Shown here: one piece after another, positions 1 through 18,070 of the stretch
Numbering within the stretch: position 1 is the first letter of the stretch
Layout of the letters: each line of letters starts with the position of its first letter
NCBI RefSeq assembly: GCF_009914755.1
Contig: NC_060935.1
Direction: 5' to 3' (one strand)
Source: the human T2T-CHM13v2.0 reference genome, Homo sapiens
Length of the DNA stretch: 64,000 bases
Notes under the pieces: generated by a model
Database searches by the model: none
Told to the model about the DNA's origin: nothing
Seen by the model: only the letters and a program-made list of their open reading frames with translations
Position numbers and translations under genes: made by a program

Positions 1-991
1 AGCCTGCAGTGACCCATGATCACGCCATTGCACACCAGCCTGGGCGACAAAGTGAGATGCTGTCTCTTAAAAAAATCAAAAACTTGCTTGGTTATTTACT
101 ATTATTAAAAAAAGAAAAAAAAAAGAAGAAGACCAATAAATAAAAAGTAAATAAAATAAAAATAAAGTTTAAAATGTTGACAATTATATCATTTCTGAGA
201 AAAATTCTGTAGGAGATACCACTTCCAGAATTCAAAGGACGTATGTCTATAATTAGCTGAATATTCTAAACTCTTTAAAAACACTCCAGAAAATATAACA
301 GGATGACCTTCAATTGTTTCTGCTATGCTTCCTGATCAATATTTTAACAATTAGAATTGCTTTATTAACAATATCTCTTCAGTGAGTGTTCCTTTGACTT
401 ATTTCTAGGTTAGCTAAAAGTTGGTTCCCCTAGAAGCTGATGATTTGAGGCAAAAATGCCTTGTTCAACATGGAAACTGAAAGGCAGAACTTGGCTACAT
501 CTCCCTGAAAAACGCTTTCGTTAAGTCTGATGAATGTGATATTCTGCTTTCCAAAAGACTGGCATACTAGTATTTTTATTGTATAATATCCAATTCCCTA
601 TATGCTATTGTTATTCTAGATCCTCTGAGCAAAATGAAGCTGTTAATATTAAGGACAACGGAAGGGACAGAATTTTGAAGATGGGCAATAGGGCCTTAAG
701 ACTAAAGCTTAAAACTATGCTACCAAAAAAATTTAAAAAGCAACATTCAACAAGCCTTATAAATTGTCAGTAGAGACATGGGTATATTCCTCTACTTGAA
801 ACATGGTACAATTAATACTTTTCAACTCCTCCTGGCAGAATACTTTCCTTCCGGCAGAATATCTTCAATTTCTCCTGGTAGAAAATAGACACTTTCAATT
901 CCACAAACTTCCACTTGGAAATGAAACGGAACTTCCCATAATGTTGTTGCTGTATAATAAAAAATACTCAACACAGAAAATTGTGCTCTCA

Positions 992-1300
<309 letters not shown>

Positions 1301-2739
1301 TCACATCCATTCCTTGCTTTGGGATGCTAGATGCAATGCACCTATATTTAGAAACAAAACAACCATTTCTTTGCCAACTCTTCATAAACCTTTCAATTTC
1401 TCCAACAAGTCTGATACCCTGGGACAAAATAATGTCCAGTGGCAGGTTATGTAATGATCTATATACTACTTCCAGGATTACTATTTCTAGGTTATGTAAG
1501 GATCTATACTATTTCTAGGACTCCTTACAAAAACACTTCTTAAAAACACTACAGTTTTTAGTATTCACAACTAAATGAACGGTACTTTTCAATACTTAAA
1601 ACTAAAGTTTAAAGAGTCAACTTTTATTTCCAAAGTTAGCACAATTTTTCACTTAAAATAAGGAAATGTTAAATTTAAAGAGACCACCAGAGAACTGTTT
1701 AGAACCATTTAGTTCGGAACCATAACTTCAGACAAATGCTTCACACCACTATTTTAATGAAGAGTACCCACCAGACATCACTTAAGAACTGAGGCCTAAG
1801 TCACTATATCAAAGGTATAAATTATGGTCCAAAGACAGCGCCAGGCACTGCTGAGCTTGGAATTGCTTACTGAGCAACCAAGTTGTTTCAAACAAACTAA
1901 ATGTTTTAAGGAGGCTAAAGGGCAGTGGAGGCAATTATTGGAAGGAAATTTCTCACTAGGCCAGAAAGGAATAATTAAGTCTTTGCATGCTAAATCACAT
2001 CACTGGGGTTAACAATGAAGTAATCAAGTGTAAATGGTGACAAAGCCCATCTACAAGACTCATGAAAGGAAATTAAGGTTGTGGGTAATCTAGACTATTG
2101 TTGCTTAAATACCACAAAAATTAGTCCCTAAAACTTCATTCATTCATCCCCTGTTTAGATAAATGTGTGTGCTTTTAGTGGGAGGCAAGAAATTGGTTAA
2201 TCCAGTAATTAAGGCAAATATACTGAATCATCAGAAGTAAAACACCATTCAGCTACTAATTCACAGGCAGAGATCCAAGGTCATTCCTCATACTAAGACT
2301 GTACCAAGCACTCAGTAATAAAATACTTTCATAATAGGAGAGCCATGTCCATTCCATTCAAAAATATGATTCAAACCATTTAAATTATAAACCTAGTGCA
2401 TAATTTGCATATTGTACTTTCTCTGCTTTAGAACATAAAAGAGAATTCACATACACACATACATAGCTGGGGGGAATGTGGGCATGAAGCTGGGGGAAAA
2501 AATGGACACCCACGTAATCTTCCAACAATTGCTCAATAGCAAATTAAAACTGGTTATGCTCTCAGGGAGCAAAATAATGTTGATGTGAAAGTTAAAAGAT
2601 CTAGATTGAGACTCTGGCTCTGCAACCTCAGGCTGTCATCTTACCTCAGAGACTCAGTTTCCTCATCTTCTTTAAGGGGTAAGGCCATGGCTAAGACTTC
2701 TCAGGACTCTCAACAGATCTGGTATGTTTGTTGTTGTTA

Positions 2740-3450
<711 letters not shown>

Positions 3451-3518
3451 TTCAAACCTTTTTATGTTTTTTCTTTTATCTTTTATTTTCTTTTTTAATG
3501 TTCCTACATGCACAGTGA

Positions 3519-3851
<333 letters not shown>

Positions 3852-4269
3852 AAGAGGAACTTTTTAAATTTTGTTTTGCCATTGCTTAAGATGGATTCAT
3901 ATTCCTATAGATATTGACTAATTATCTTAATATCTAAATTTCATTCCAGCCTTCCCTGGCTACCCTACTTTAACAGCAAACCACCTTCATCTTGCTTTAT
4001 TTTCCTTGATGGTATGTAACATTACCTGACCTTTTATATTCATTGTGCTTATTTACTGTCTACCACTAATCCCCCACCCCCCTGCCAGGTAAGTTATAGG
4101 AATGCAAGGATGGCATCAGATACTGTTCAATTCTGTGTCCCCAGCACCAAAAACAGTCCCTAACACATCAGACACTTAATAAACAAATGTTGAACAAATT
4201 AATTTTTAAAGTTCTGACTTATTATCTCAGTAAGTAATTATTATTTTAAAGTTGAAAGAGTACTGATTC

Positions 4270-4897
4270 TGTAAACCAAAAATAAAATTCTAAGGGCCCC
4301 AGCCTTCTGAATGGAACCCTCCTCTTGGCCAAAGGCATTCCAAAGTTAACCTGAAAAACTAGTTCAGACCATGATGGGAAGGGGAAGTTGGACATGCCTC
4401 ATTATATCCTACACCCTTTTGGAATTTAGTAAGAGCCAACCAGCATTAGCATCAACACAGACCTGAAGACTTATAAGAAACATTTATAATACAATCTATT
4501 CTCTTTGAAGCCTGCTACCTGGAGGCTTCATCTGCATGATAAAACTTTGGTCTCCACAATCCCTTATCATTGGAACTCGGACATTCCTTTCTATTTATTC
4601 CAGGCTTTTAGATAAAAACTAAACTCTTTCAGCCAATTGCCAATCCGAAAATTTTTAAATCTACCTATAACCTGGAAGCTCCCTGGCTTCAACTTGTCCC
4701 TCCTTTCCAGATCAAACCCATGTCATCTCACAGGTATTGATTGATATATTATGTCTCCCTAAAAAGTATAAAAGTAAGCTGTACTCCAACCACGTCTTCA
4801 AGACTGTCTGTGGCTGTGTCACAGGCAAGTCCTTAGCCTTGGCAAAATAAACTTTCTAAATTGATTGAGATCTGTCACAGATACTTTTGGGTTGACA
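4270..4897 (+). mobile_element. Solo ERV1 LTR, MER4 group (MER4B/D/E-like)
   Basis: TG...CA termini (TGTAAACCAAAAATAAAATTCTAAG ... TTTTGGGTTGACA), 4-bp TSD ATTC (4266-4269 / 4898-4901), TATA ~4767, AATAAA 4846-4851. Confidence 0.88.
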
Positions 4898-4962
4898 ATT
4901 CCATGAACCATTATACAAATATTTGTAGCTCTCAAAGAATAGTTTGAATAAATAAAATTATT

Positions 4963-5260
4963 GGCCGGGCACAGTGGCTCATGCCTGTAATCCCAGCACT
5001 TTGGGAGGCCAAGGCAGATAGATTGCCTGAGGTCAGGAGTTCGAGACCAGTCTGGCCAAGATGGTGAAACCCTGTCTCTACTAAAAATACTAAAACTTAG
5101 CCAGATGTGGTGGCATGCACCTGTAATCCCAGCTACATCAGGGGCTGAGGCAGGGGAATTGCTTGAACCAGGGCGGTGGTGGTTGCAGTGAGCCGAGATC
5201 ATGCCACCTGCTCTCTAGCCTGGAAGACAGAGCAAGACTCTGTCTCAAAAAAAAAAAAAA
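4963..5260 (+). mobile_element. AluS
   Basis: Full Alu with A tail; TSD-like aaaattatt. Confidence 0.93.
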
Positions 5261-8104
5261 AGCAAAATTATTTGCATTAAACATTTTTATTCACCTCCAC
5301 AAATTATCTCCTACAATTTCAACAAAGTACTGAGCCCATGGAAAACTGGGAAGACAAGGAAGAAGCACAGGAAATTTTATCTTGTCATCCAACAGACACA
5401 AGCCACAGCAACACAAGTCAAAAGTCTTACTAAATGTTAATATTAAATTAAATGTTAAAGATTAACACAGTCAAAGAAAGGACCATCTCTTCTGATAATG
5501 CTCTTCCACTTGCCTTCTCTGTCTGTCTTTCTTTCTTTTTTCCAGGTCTCACTTTGTCACCCATGCTGGAGTGCAGTGGCACCATCATAGTTCCCTGCAG
5601 CCTCAAATTCCTGGTCTCTAAGTGATCCTCCTGTCTCAGCCTTCTGAGTAGCTGAGACTACAAGTGTGTGCCACCACGCCAGGCTAATTTATTTTTTGTA
5701 CAGATGGGGTGTTTCATTTTTAACATACCCTGGAGCACTATAAATGATTCTGGTCAAGTCATACAACTAAATGTAACTGGATTTCTCCCCCATTAAATGG
5801 GGAATTTGAGCCAGATCAACTGCCAGCTCTTAATAGAGAAGTACACAAAGAAGGGAGGAAAAGTCTAAAAAAAAACAACAACAAGAATTTGGTGTTATGA
5901 TTTATGTGACTGAAAAGTTTAACAAATAATAACTACCATGTCTATAAACAGGTTAATATAATATACACCATTGGGAGAAACTGACTTTTTGCTTTCCCCA
6001 TGGAACGACATAGCCTTTTTGATGGGTGGGCCATAATAAACAAGAGTTTTAGATCCACTGCATTAGATGACCTTTAAGATCCTTTCCAAATCTACATTCT
6101 AAGGAGCTGAGAACACTTCAAGCACAGAACAAAACAAAACCTCTCCAGAATTAATTCCCCATCTACATAATGAGAAGTTTCCGATACCTAAGACATGTAC
6201 AATGGATGAACGCCTACATTTAGGAAGAGCACTGAAAGATACTGTTATACAGCCCACTCAACCAAATAACCCTAGTCTATAAAAGCAAGATCCAACACCC
6301 TACCTGCAAAACCTCTCATTACTAGTGGTAATAAGTCCTCACTTGCCATGGTTTCTCCATCTCTAAAATGGGGAGAATAATAGCATTGCTTTGGAGGCCT
6401 ATTGGGAGGATTAAATAGATAACACGTGTTACGCACTTCATTTAGTGCCTGGCATTCAATAACATTATTATGAGCATCTAAGTTAATAACAAGAGGATGG
6501 TGATGATATTATCTGAATGGCAGGACAGACCAGAGAGCTCTTCATGACTAAGAATGCAACATAAGTGAAATGAGAAAGCAAAATGCTTCCAGGGGAAGAA
6601 GACAACCTTTAGAATCACCAAGCAAATGACTGTTTAGCATGAGGCTGGCTATCACCAGTACATTCAAAATTAAAACTGTGGCCACAGATTCAATCATGAA
6701 TAATAGCCCTGCTGCTAAAGGAAAGAGCACACAGATCCAAATGGGAACCCATCAAGTCTGTAAAACATTAACAGCTTAATAAACATCAGCTCACACCATC
6801 AACACACACAGTGTTCGAGTCAACTAAAGAGTACCAACTAAATTAATACCAAGTTGACTAAATGAAATGCCTTGGGGGAGAAAAAGGCTCATGGGTGATT
6901 CACTTTTATGCTGACTTCCCTATAAAAACATCTTCAACAGGAGAGGCAGGAAATTCCAGTGAGTGAAAGGGGGCAGCTATATGGAAACCATCATACTGCA
7001 CATTTTGCTTTTTAATCTACTGCAAAGTTTTGGTTTAAAGGAGCACATTCAGAAATTTGCTCCTTTAGAAACAGAAAAGTGAGTCTGCTAACAGATCTGA
7101 TCCTCATATACCATGTAAGTGAAGTCCACGGAAGAAAGAAAAAGCCAGTCAAAAAGCATATGACTGATACTTTCCAGACACACACAAAAAAACACTATTA
7201 ACATGGGAAATGATGTGAAAGCTTTTAAACAAGTATGTATAAAAAGCAAAAAGACCAAGTTAGAGATACTTTTTAAAAGTTCTGCTATGAATAACAGACA
7301 ACTTCATTTTACACAACAGATTTTGAATCTATTGTGTAGATTTTTGACTCTAAATCAAGTCATAGTCTCCCAGTGTATGCAGACATATAGATGTATGTGT
7401 GCTTTTTGGGTACACATTTTTTTCTGTTCTGATTTTTTTTTCCTGTAATAACCTGTAGCTTCTCACCATTTTGTTTCTCATTTCACCTGTTCCTCTTCTG
7501 ATAAATTGTCAAATATCTAAGCAAACTACAGGGATGAGCAAACTTAAATATGGAACACCTGAGCTTCACAAACTACCACCCACTAACTGTGGGATATTTG
7601 AACAAGTTACCTAATCCTTTTAAATCCCAGTTTGCTCAGTGATAAAATGGGAATCCTGCCATGGACCAAGATGGTTACTGTGGAAATTCTAGTTAGCACA
7701 TGTAAAATGCATAATGTATAGGTAGGCCCAGCAATTCTTCACTAAATATCCATTTTTTAAAAAAATCAGACATTCCAAATATGAATACATTAATAATTCA
7801 AACTTTTTTCACTGTAAGCAAAATGCTTCACATTAGGGTAATTTCTACAGGAGTCTCTGGCGGGGATTACAGCAACTGCTAGGTATCATAAAGGGAGCTA
7901 AGAATTCTTCTCTTTTAAAAGCAGACATTCTCAGCATAGAGGAGTTTAAAGAACTTAAAGAAAGCAGACATTTAAACAAAATCAGTTTTTAACAGCTTTT
8001 GCTAATACTACATACCATGCTAACAATATATTGTGACTATAAGTAATTGGTGATAACAAACCTCACCACAGTCTAAGACATTAAAATTGAGACCAACATT
8101 TTCT

Positions 8105-8960
<856 letters not shown>

Positions 8961-8993
8961 AAATTGAGGAGCTTGGGGGAGTTTTCTCTATAA

Positions 8994-9325
<332 letters not shown>

Positions 9326-9837
9326 TGAATTCACAGTTTTGAAAGTCAGGGAAGCAGTCAAAGTAAGGAAGATGGAACATCTAAGATTAAACCATTTATT
9401 TTAGGATAAAAATATGGAGGCAATAAATAAAAAGGGAACCACAAATAGATTCATTTATGAAGAACCATAAAACAGAAACTTTTAAAAATTTAACCTTAAA
9501 TGAGCCAATAAATTTAAAGGAAATCTATTATAATCAAGAACTACAAAAGGAATCAGTTTTATGAGAAAATGTGAAAGGCAATAATTTCTTTTAGCATGTT
9601 GTTATTCAGCTTATGTTCAGTAATGATACCAAGAACCATCAGAAATAACTTCTAGAAGAGATGTCTATATAAATTTAAATATGTGGCTATATCTGAGATA
9701 AAATAATCAACAGGAGCTTGCTTCCTTTTAGATAAATCATCAACTTCTGTCTGTCAAAACCAGTCTACATGTCTGAAAAACAATGAAACTAGAAACTCAG
9801 GCTCGAGTAACTTGAGGGTTGGGAAGGACCCTGATGA

Positions 9838-10587
<750 letters not shown>

Positions 10588-11709
10588 AAGAGCTGAGAAA
10601 GGAATTAACTTACCCTTCTATTTCATGTTCTTGACCATCTCCTGTCACACCTGCTGATGAGCCTCAATACTATAGCTTCAGATGCCACAGACCAAAGCCC
10701 TCAATGCTAGCTGACCTGAAACCGAGCTCCCAAGAAGAAGGCTAATACTATATGCAACGGAAACCTTTAAAGGTCATTGCAGCAGTGTTTGGCTAGCAGG
10801 ACAATGATCAATTGATCTCTTTCTGTGGGCTGACAAGAAGATAAACATAAAGGCAGGCAGTTTTCAAGGCCTATCCTACTGGGAATTCAAGCATCTGTGA
10901 TCCCAACACACACCACATATCAAATCTGGCAGAGCAATACCCAAATCCCCTGTGCTCACGCATACACAAATGTCCTTTGGTGAAATACATGATTAGGTGG
11001 AAAACCCATCATGGAAGCCAGCCATCCTAAGTTAATTCAAACTGATATTAGAAATTGATTTATCCAAAACAAGGGATTTTCTTTCTACAGAATGTAATGA
11101 GGCTCTGGAAAACACAGTTTGATTACTAACAGCAGAGCCTGTGGTTTGTGCACAGATTTGCCAACCTACCATGAAGAATGAAGCGTTCTGCTGCATGCCC
11201 TCACAGCCCCAGACTCTGTGTGTGAAGGGTAGGAATGAAATATTCCATATGTTTTCTTTGTCAGTGACATGGCTATTGAAAGCAAGGCCACGGTAGTCTC
11301 CCTGCTGAGGGACTGGGTCAAGCTATTCATGTGTAACCAGGCAGATGTCAAGATGGTAATGGGAAAAACATCTCAAACTTTTTTTTTTTTTTAAAGAAGG
11401 AGACCCAGGGTAGAAAACGCACAACTGTATTTGAAACACTCAGCCAATCTAAATAGGTTGTGAGGGCTACTGCATACGTTAGCTACTATTCTGTCTTTGT
11501 AATTCATGTTTAAATCAGGTCTGAATCAAAACTCAGAGAAGTTTTTAGTTTCTGAGAAAGATTTAACCGTGCTTAAGAATGTCATATAAACTTTTTAAAA
11601 TATGTAATACTTTAAAGAAAGGATTTTAGTTCTAAATTTACTTTTAAGATAATAAGCTTTTCTTTAGCTACAAAACCAAGCATTAATCTCAAATGTAAAA
11701 AAAAACATA

Positions 11710-11845
11710 GGAGCACCGTGGCTCACACCTGTAATCCCAGCACTTTCAGAGGCTGAGGCAGGAGGATTGCTTGAGGCCAGGAGTTCGAGACCAGCCTGGA
11801 CAACAAAATGAGATCCTATCTCCATAAATTAAAAAAAAAAAAATA
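11710..11845 (+). mobile_element. FLAM/AluJ left monomer
   Basis: Left-arm Alu with ggaggattgcttgag, followed directly by an A tail. Confidence 0.85.
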
Positions 11846-12006
11846 ACACATAGGTACCCCATAACCAGTAAAATCATAAAATAAATACTTTCAAAATACT
11901 TAAAAAGTTCATGTGTAATCTGCATATTTCTAGAACCAAAGTGATGTGAAAAATAAGAATGCAGCCAAATTGTCCATGATAAGTAAATCTTACCCATCTT
12001 CTACAT

Positions 12007-12231
12007 CAAGCTTGTCCAACCCACAGCCCACAGGCCCCATGCAGCCTAGGATGGCTTTGAATGCAGCCCAACACAAATTCATAAACTTTCTAAAAACATT
12101 ATGGGATTTTTCTGCACATTTTTTTTTTTTTAGCTCATCAACTATTGTTACCGTTAGTATATTTTATGTGTGGCCAAAGACAATTCTTCTTCCAGTGTGG
12201 CCCAGGGAAGCCAAAAGATTGGACACCCCTG
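12007..12231. mobile_element. MER30 (hAT-Charlie MITE)
   Basis: caagcttgtccaacccacagcccacaggcc...gccaaaagattggacacccctg. Confidence 0.82.
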
Positions 12232-12321
12232 CTCCTTATGTCCACATGGAAAGAAAGAAAGTGATCCAAGAAACTACAGTGGGCTCTCATTGGCATGAAG
12301 GTTCCCAAAGATTGAGTTAGG

Positions 12322-12322
<1 letters not shown>

Positions 12323-12352
<30 letters not shown>

Positions 12353-12619
12353 TGGAGTCTCACTCTGTCGTCCAGGCTGGATCTTGGCTCACTGCAACCT
12401 CCCCCTCCCGGATTCAGGCAATTCTCCTGCCTCAGTCTCCCAAGTAGCTGGATTACAGGTGCCCGTCGCCATGCCAGCCTAATTTCTTTTTTGTATTTTT
12501 AGTAGAGAAGGGTTTCACCACATTGGCCTGGCTGGTCTCGAACTCCTGATCTCAGGTAATCTACCCGCCTCGGCCTCCCAAAGTGCTGGGATTACAAGCG
12601 TGAGCCACAGCCCCCAGCC
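12323..12619 (-). mobile_element. AluS
   Basis: Reverse Alu; TSD tgagttagga. Confidence 0.93.
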
Positions 12620-13337
12620 ACTGAGTTAGGACTTTTAATGAAAGTCCTCAGTGTCACAAAGTCTGGAAGTAGAAAGTCAGTATCTACAGATCACATTGAC
12701 ACTGTCTTTAAAGGATGGGCTATCACACGCCCATTTGCTCTGAAGAGAAACCCTGCGTTCCCATGTTAGGACAGCACCTTTCTACTTGACCAGCCATCTC
12801 AGGAAGGCAGCAACAAGTCACAGAGACCCAGGCAAAAATGTAAGATTTCCCTTGAGCTCCCTCCTCCAGATAAACTGTACCTCTCCTCCATAAGGCTTTC
12901 TTGTTAGAGGGAAGTAGCACCATCTACAAGAAGGTATCTTTATAAAATCAGATGTACTACTGTTTCTCTACCAGGGTCTTCATGGATTTTTATATGAAGA
13001 ATCTACCAGATGAGTAGCCTTTTTCCATTAGCACAGTGGCTCACCTGTGAAGTCTATGGGCTTTGAACCTGATATACATTCAAAGAACCAAAGAAACAGG
13101 GTTAGAATTTTAATTCACTGTTATAACACACAGACAACGGCTTAGTCACTCCCACAAGAAATGACAAATTGCATTCTCACTCGGCGTCACTCAAAAAAGT
13201 CATGCTGAAGCGTTTCCTTGGTGCAACCCTGAAGATAATGCAAGCTGCCTCTTCTTGCACATGGGAAATGCTAAGTCCAAAGTGGTTAAGTGACCTGCCC
13301 AAGCTCTACAATGCCCTCCTGAACTCGGATGTCTTCA

Positions 13338-14300
<963 letters not shown>

Positions 14301-17251
14301 TGACAGAAACATATTTGAAATGTATTAAATTCATTTAATGTTCCCTTCTTATGAACTCTGATTAAATTAAGTAAGAATTCCGCGTACACTTCAACTTGTG
14401 TGAGAGAAGGAGATCCTGAAGGGCAACTGAAGAGCAATTATCACATTTAAAATACGCAAAATCTGAATTAATTTAGTACCTAAAACAGAAGGCTGAAGAG
14501 CACATGAACAGTTTCCACGAACTGAAATCTGAAGGTCCACAGTTAACATATCTGCTTTCTCTTCCCTACTACAGAAAAGAGTTGATAGGCTGGCCTAAGA
14601 GTTCCTGTTAAGTTACTCAAGAGAGAGTGTTCTCTCATTTTCTGGAGAATTATTCTGCAAAAATGCAGTTCTCTGAGACGGTTTGCACACAGGAGAAGGC
14701 TGGCAATCTAGAATGGAGTGGCAACCATGAGTTTCCTCCCTCCTGAAAATATCTGGTCTGCCAAGCCCTTCATATGTGACCCTTATGGTTTCTTCAAGGG
14801 CTTCTAGGCATACAGCTGATCCCTTAGGGAAATGGGAGAAACCAGGAAGTTAGCCATAGCCCACTCCTTACTCCCTAGTTTCAGAGAAGAGATTGCCAGT
14901 TTGCAAACACACCTCCCATTCAGCAACTTCAAAACCAGACACTTGAAGAGAGTGCGAATTATAAAATTCATCTCCCCTCACATGAAAACAGCTCTAATAA
15001 AACTCTTTAGGGGAGTTTCGATGTCACCACTTGTACTAAATGACTCTGCTGTTTACACTAAGAGCTACATAAGGAACCTCAAAGCCTGAGGGGAGTGGAG
15101 AAGTGTGACCTGAAGCAATCCCAGGCACATTCCTTAGCTATGCCTAGTACAGCTCCAAGGTAAGGAGCTATCTCCCTGCCAAATTTATGTCACTCTTCTT
15201 AGGAAGAAAAATTTCCCCAAATAGAACTTTAAAAATATAAGGGGATAGAGAGAATGTAACTTGTTATTTTTTCTGGATATCGGGTTCTACACTCTGATTC
15301 AAATACCAAAAGTACTTTGCTGCCAGGGTACAATGAGATTTTCACTCTTTCAAGGGTCAATTTTGTTTTTAAAACTTTGAAAAAAAAAACCTGCATTCTC
15401 CTAGTGTCAATCTAGAAAACACAACCAGCTAAAGGGGTTTACGCAGCCTTTTAAAAAGGCTTATCTTGATTCAGATTACTTAATTACAAATTAAATATAA
15501 GGAATAAAGAACCACTAAATGTCTTGTAACATATTAAATATGCTTCCTCTGCACATTTTCTCACTAGCACAAACAGCAGGCCAGCCTGGGATCTAAACGT
15601 ATACCCAATCTTGGCCCAGCTGCCTCCCAAAATATCTATGGTTTACATTTCCTTACAAGGATATGCTTATATTCTTATGAACCAACATGTTGCCACAGGA
15701 GGGTGGTTCAATGTCTTACCCATAAGATCTTTCATGACAGAAAGCTAAGAAGGATATATATTTTAAATATTCATTTCAGGGACCTGGACTATTAGAAAGG
15801 CATTGCTGAACCCAGATGCATAACGCCAAATCTTGTGGTTGGGGGAAGACCAGGCTAGTGAGCTTTTCTGACAATTAAAATATGTAATGGTATGAAAAAC
15901 ATGTTTTAGAGATTAAAACCAACCAACCCAATCATTCAGAGTTTTAATTGCCTGGACACGACACAGAATATTTTAGTATGCTTTAAAGATCTTGCTAAAA
16001 ATAGCTCAGCCATACACAAAGTTTAATAACGAATATTTGTCTATGTGTGAGTGAACTCAGAGTATACTAGCACACAATTACATCTTGCAATTTAAAAGAG
16101 GTGTTTGAATACTAACTTGTTAGTCTTCGGAAAGTTGAGAAGTTATCAACTGTACATGAGCTAAAAAATCACGATCTGTCTCATGCTAAGACTGATTTCT
16201 AAACTCAATTTTTAACTCACACAATTTTAGACAATAGAGTTGACACCTAGCATACAGTGTGACCATCAGGTGCTGAAAGGCACAAAAGAAATGTCAAGAG
16301 AGGCAGACAAATTAGCCATTGTGTAAGAGTACTGATTTGCTAAATGTCCTAGATTTTTTTCTTCACTGACAGGATTTACAATTACAGCATTTTATCATCT
16401 TCAATCAAGCTTTTAAAAAACCACACTTCACCGAACAAAGTTGGGGGAAAAAAGAAAAAAAGTCATCCATATTCTTTTATGTATAGGAAAACAAGCTTTA
16501 ACATTGCCAACAACTTGAAGGCCGCACGGGACGGTTAAATAGCAAGCTGGGTAACATATTTCTCACTCCAAAACCTTGAGATCAAGTTTAAAAAATTAAA
16601 AGAGCAAAGGTGTCTTATAAAGAATACTCTAAGTTACATTACTTTTATTTTTCAGAGTTAAAGGCACATTTGGCAGGGTTTTAACTTTTAACTCAAGTAT
16701 ACCAACAAATACTGTACTTTTATAGATATTTATCTTTTTTTAATAGAGAAAAGGCAGGAGACAGTCTTAAAAATATTTCCATAAATTACTAAATGATTCT
16801 TGCAACTTTACTTAATATTCTACTCAGATTCACAGAAATTCAAAGCAAAGAGAGAGGCATTAGCCATCATCTAGTCAAATGTCCATTATTTATTGATTAG
16901 AAGAATGAGAATAAAAGGCACAATCAAGGAGATCAGAAACCAAAATCCAAACTTGCAGGCTGCCAGTACTTTCCATTATTATAAAGATGACTAAAATAAG
17001 AAGCTGAGAGATAGACCTGACAGAGACAGAGGCCAAGAATATGCCTAAACTTGCCTGGATCTACCTACTAATACAGAACTTTGATCTTTCCTAAGAGATT
17101 AAGTTGTCAAATGTTACCTTACAATCCTAATGTTAAGAGCCAAGGGCCTGGACATTAAACACTTATGATACCATAACCGGCAGAGCATTTAGTTTGACTG
17201 GAAATTATAAAACATTATTGGTTACTGCAAGTGTTAAGGAACCCTAAGTGA

Positions 17252-18070
<819 letters not shown>

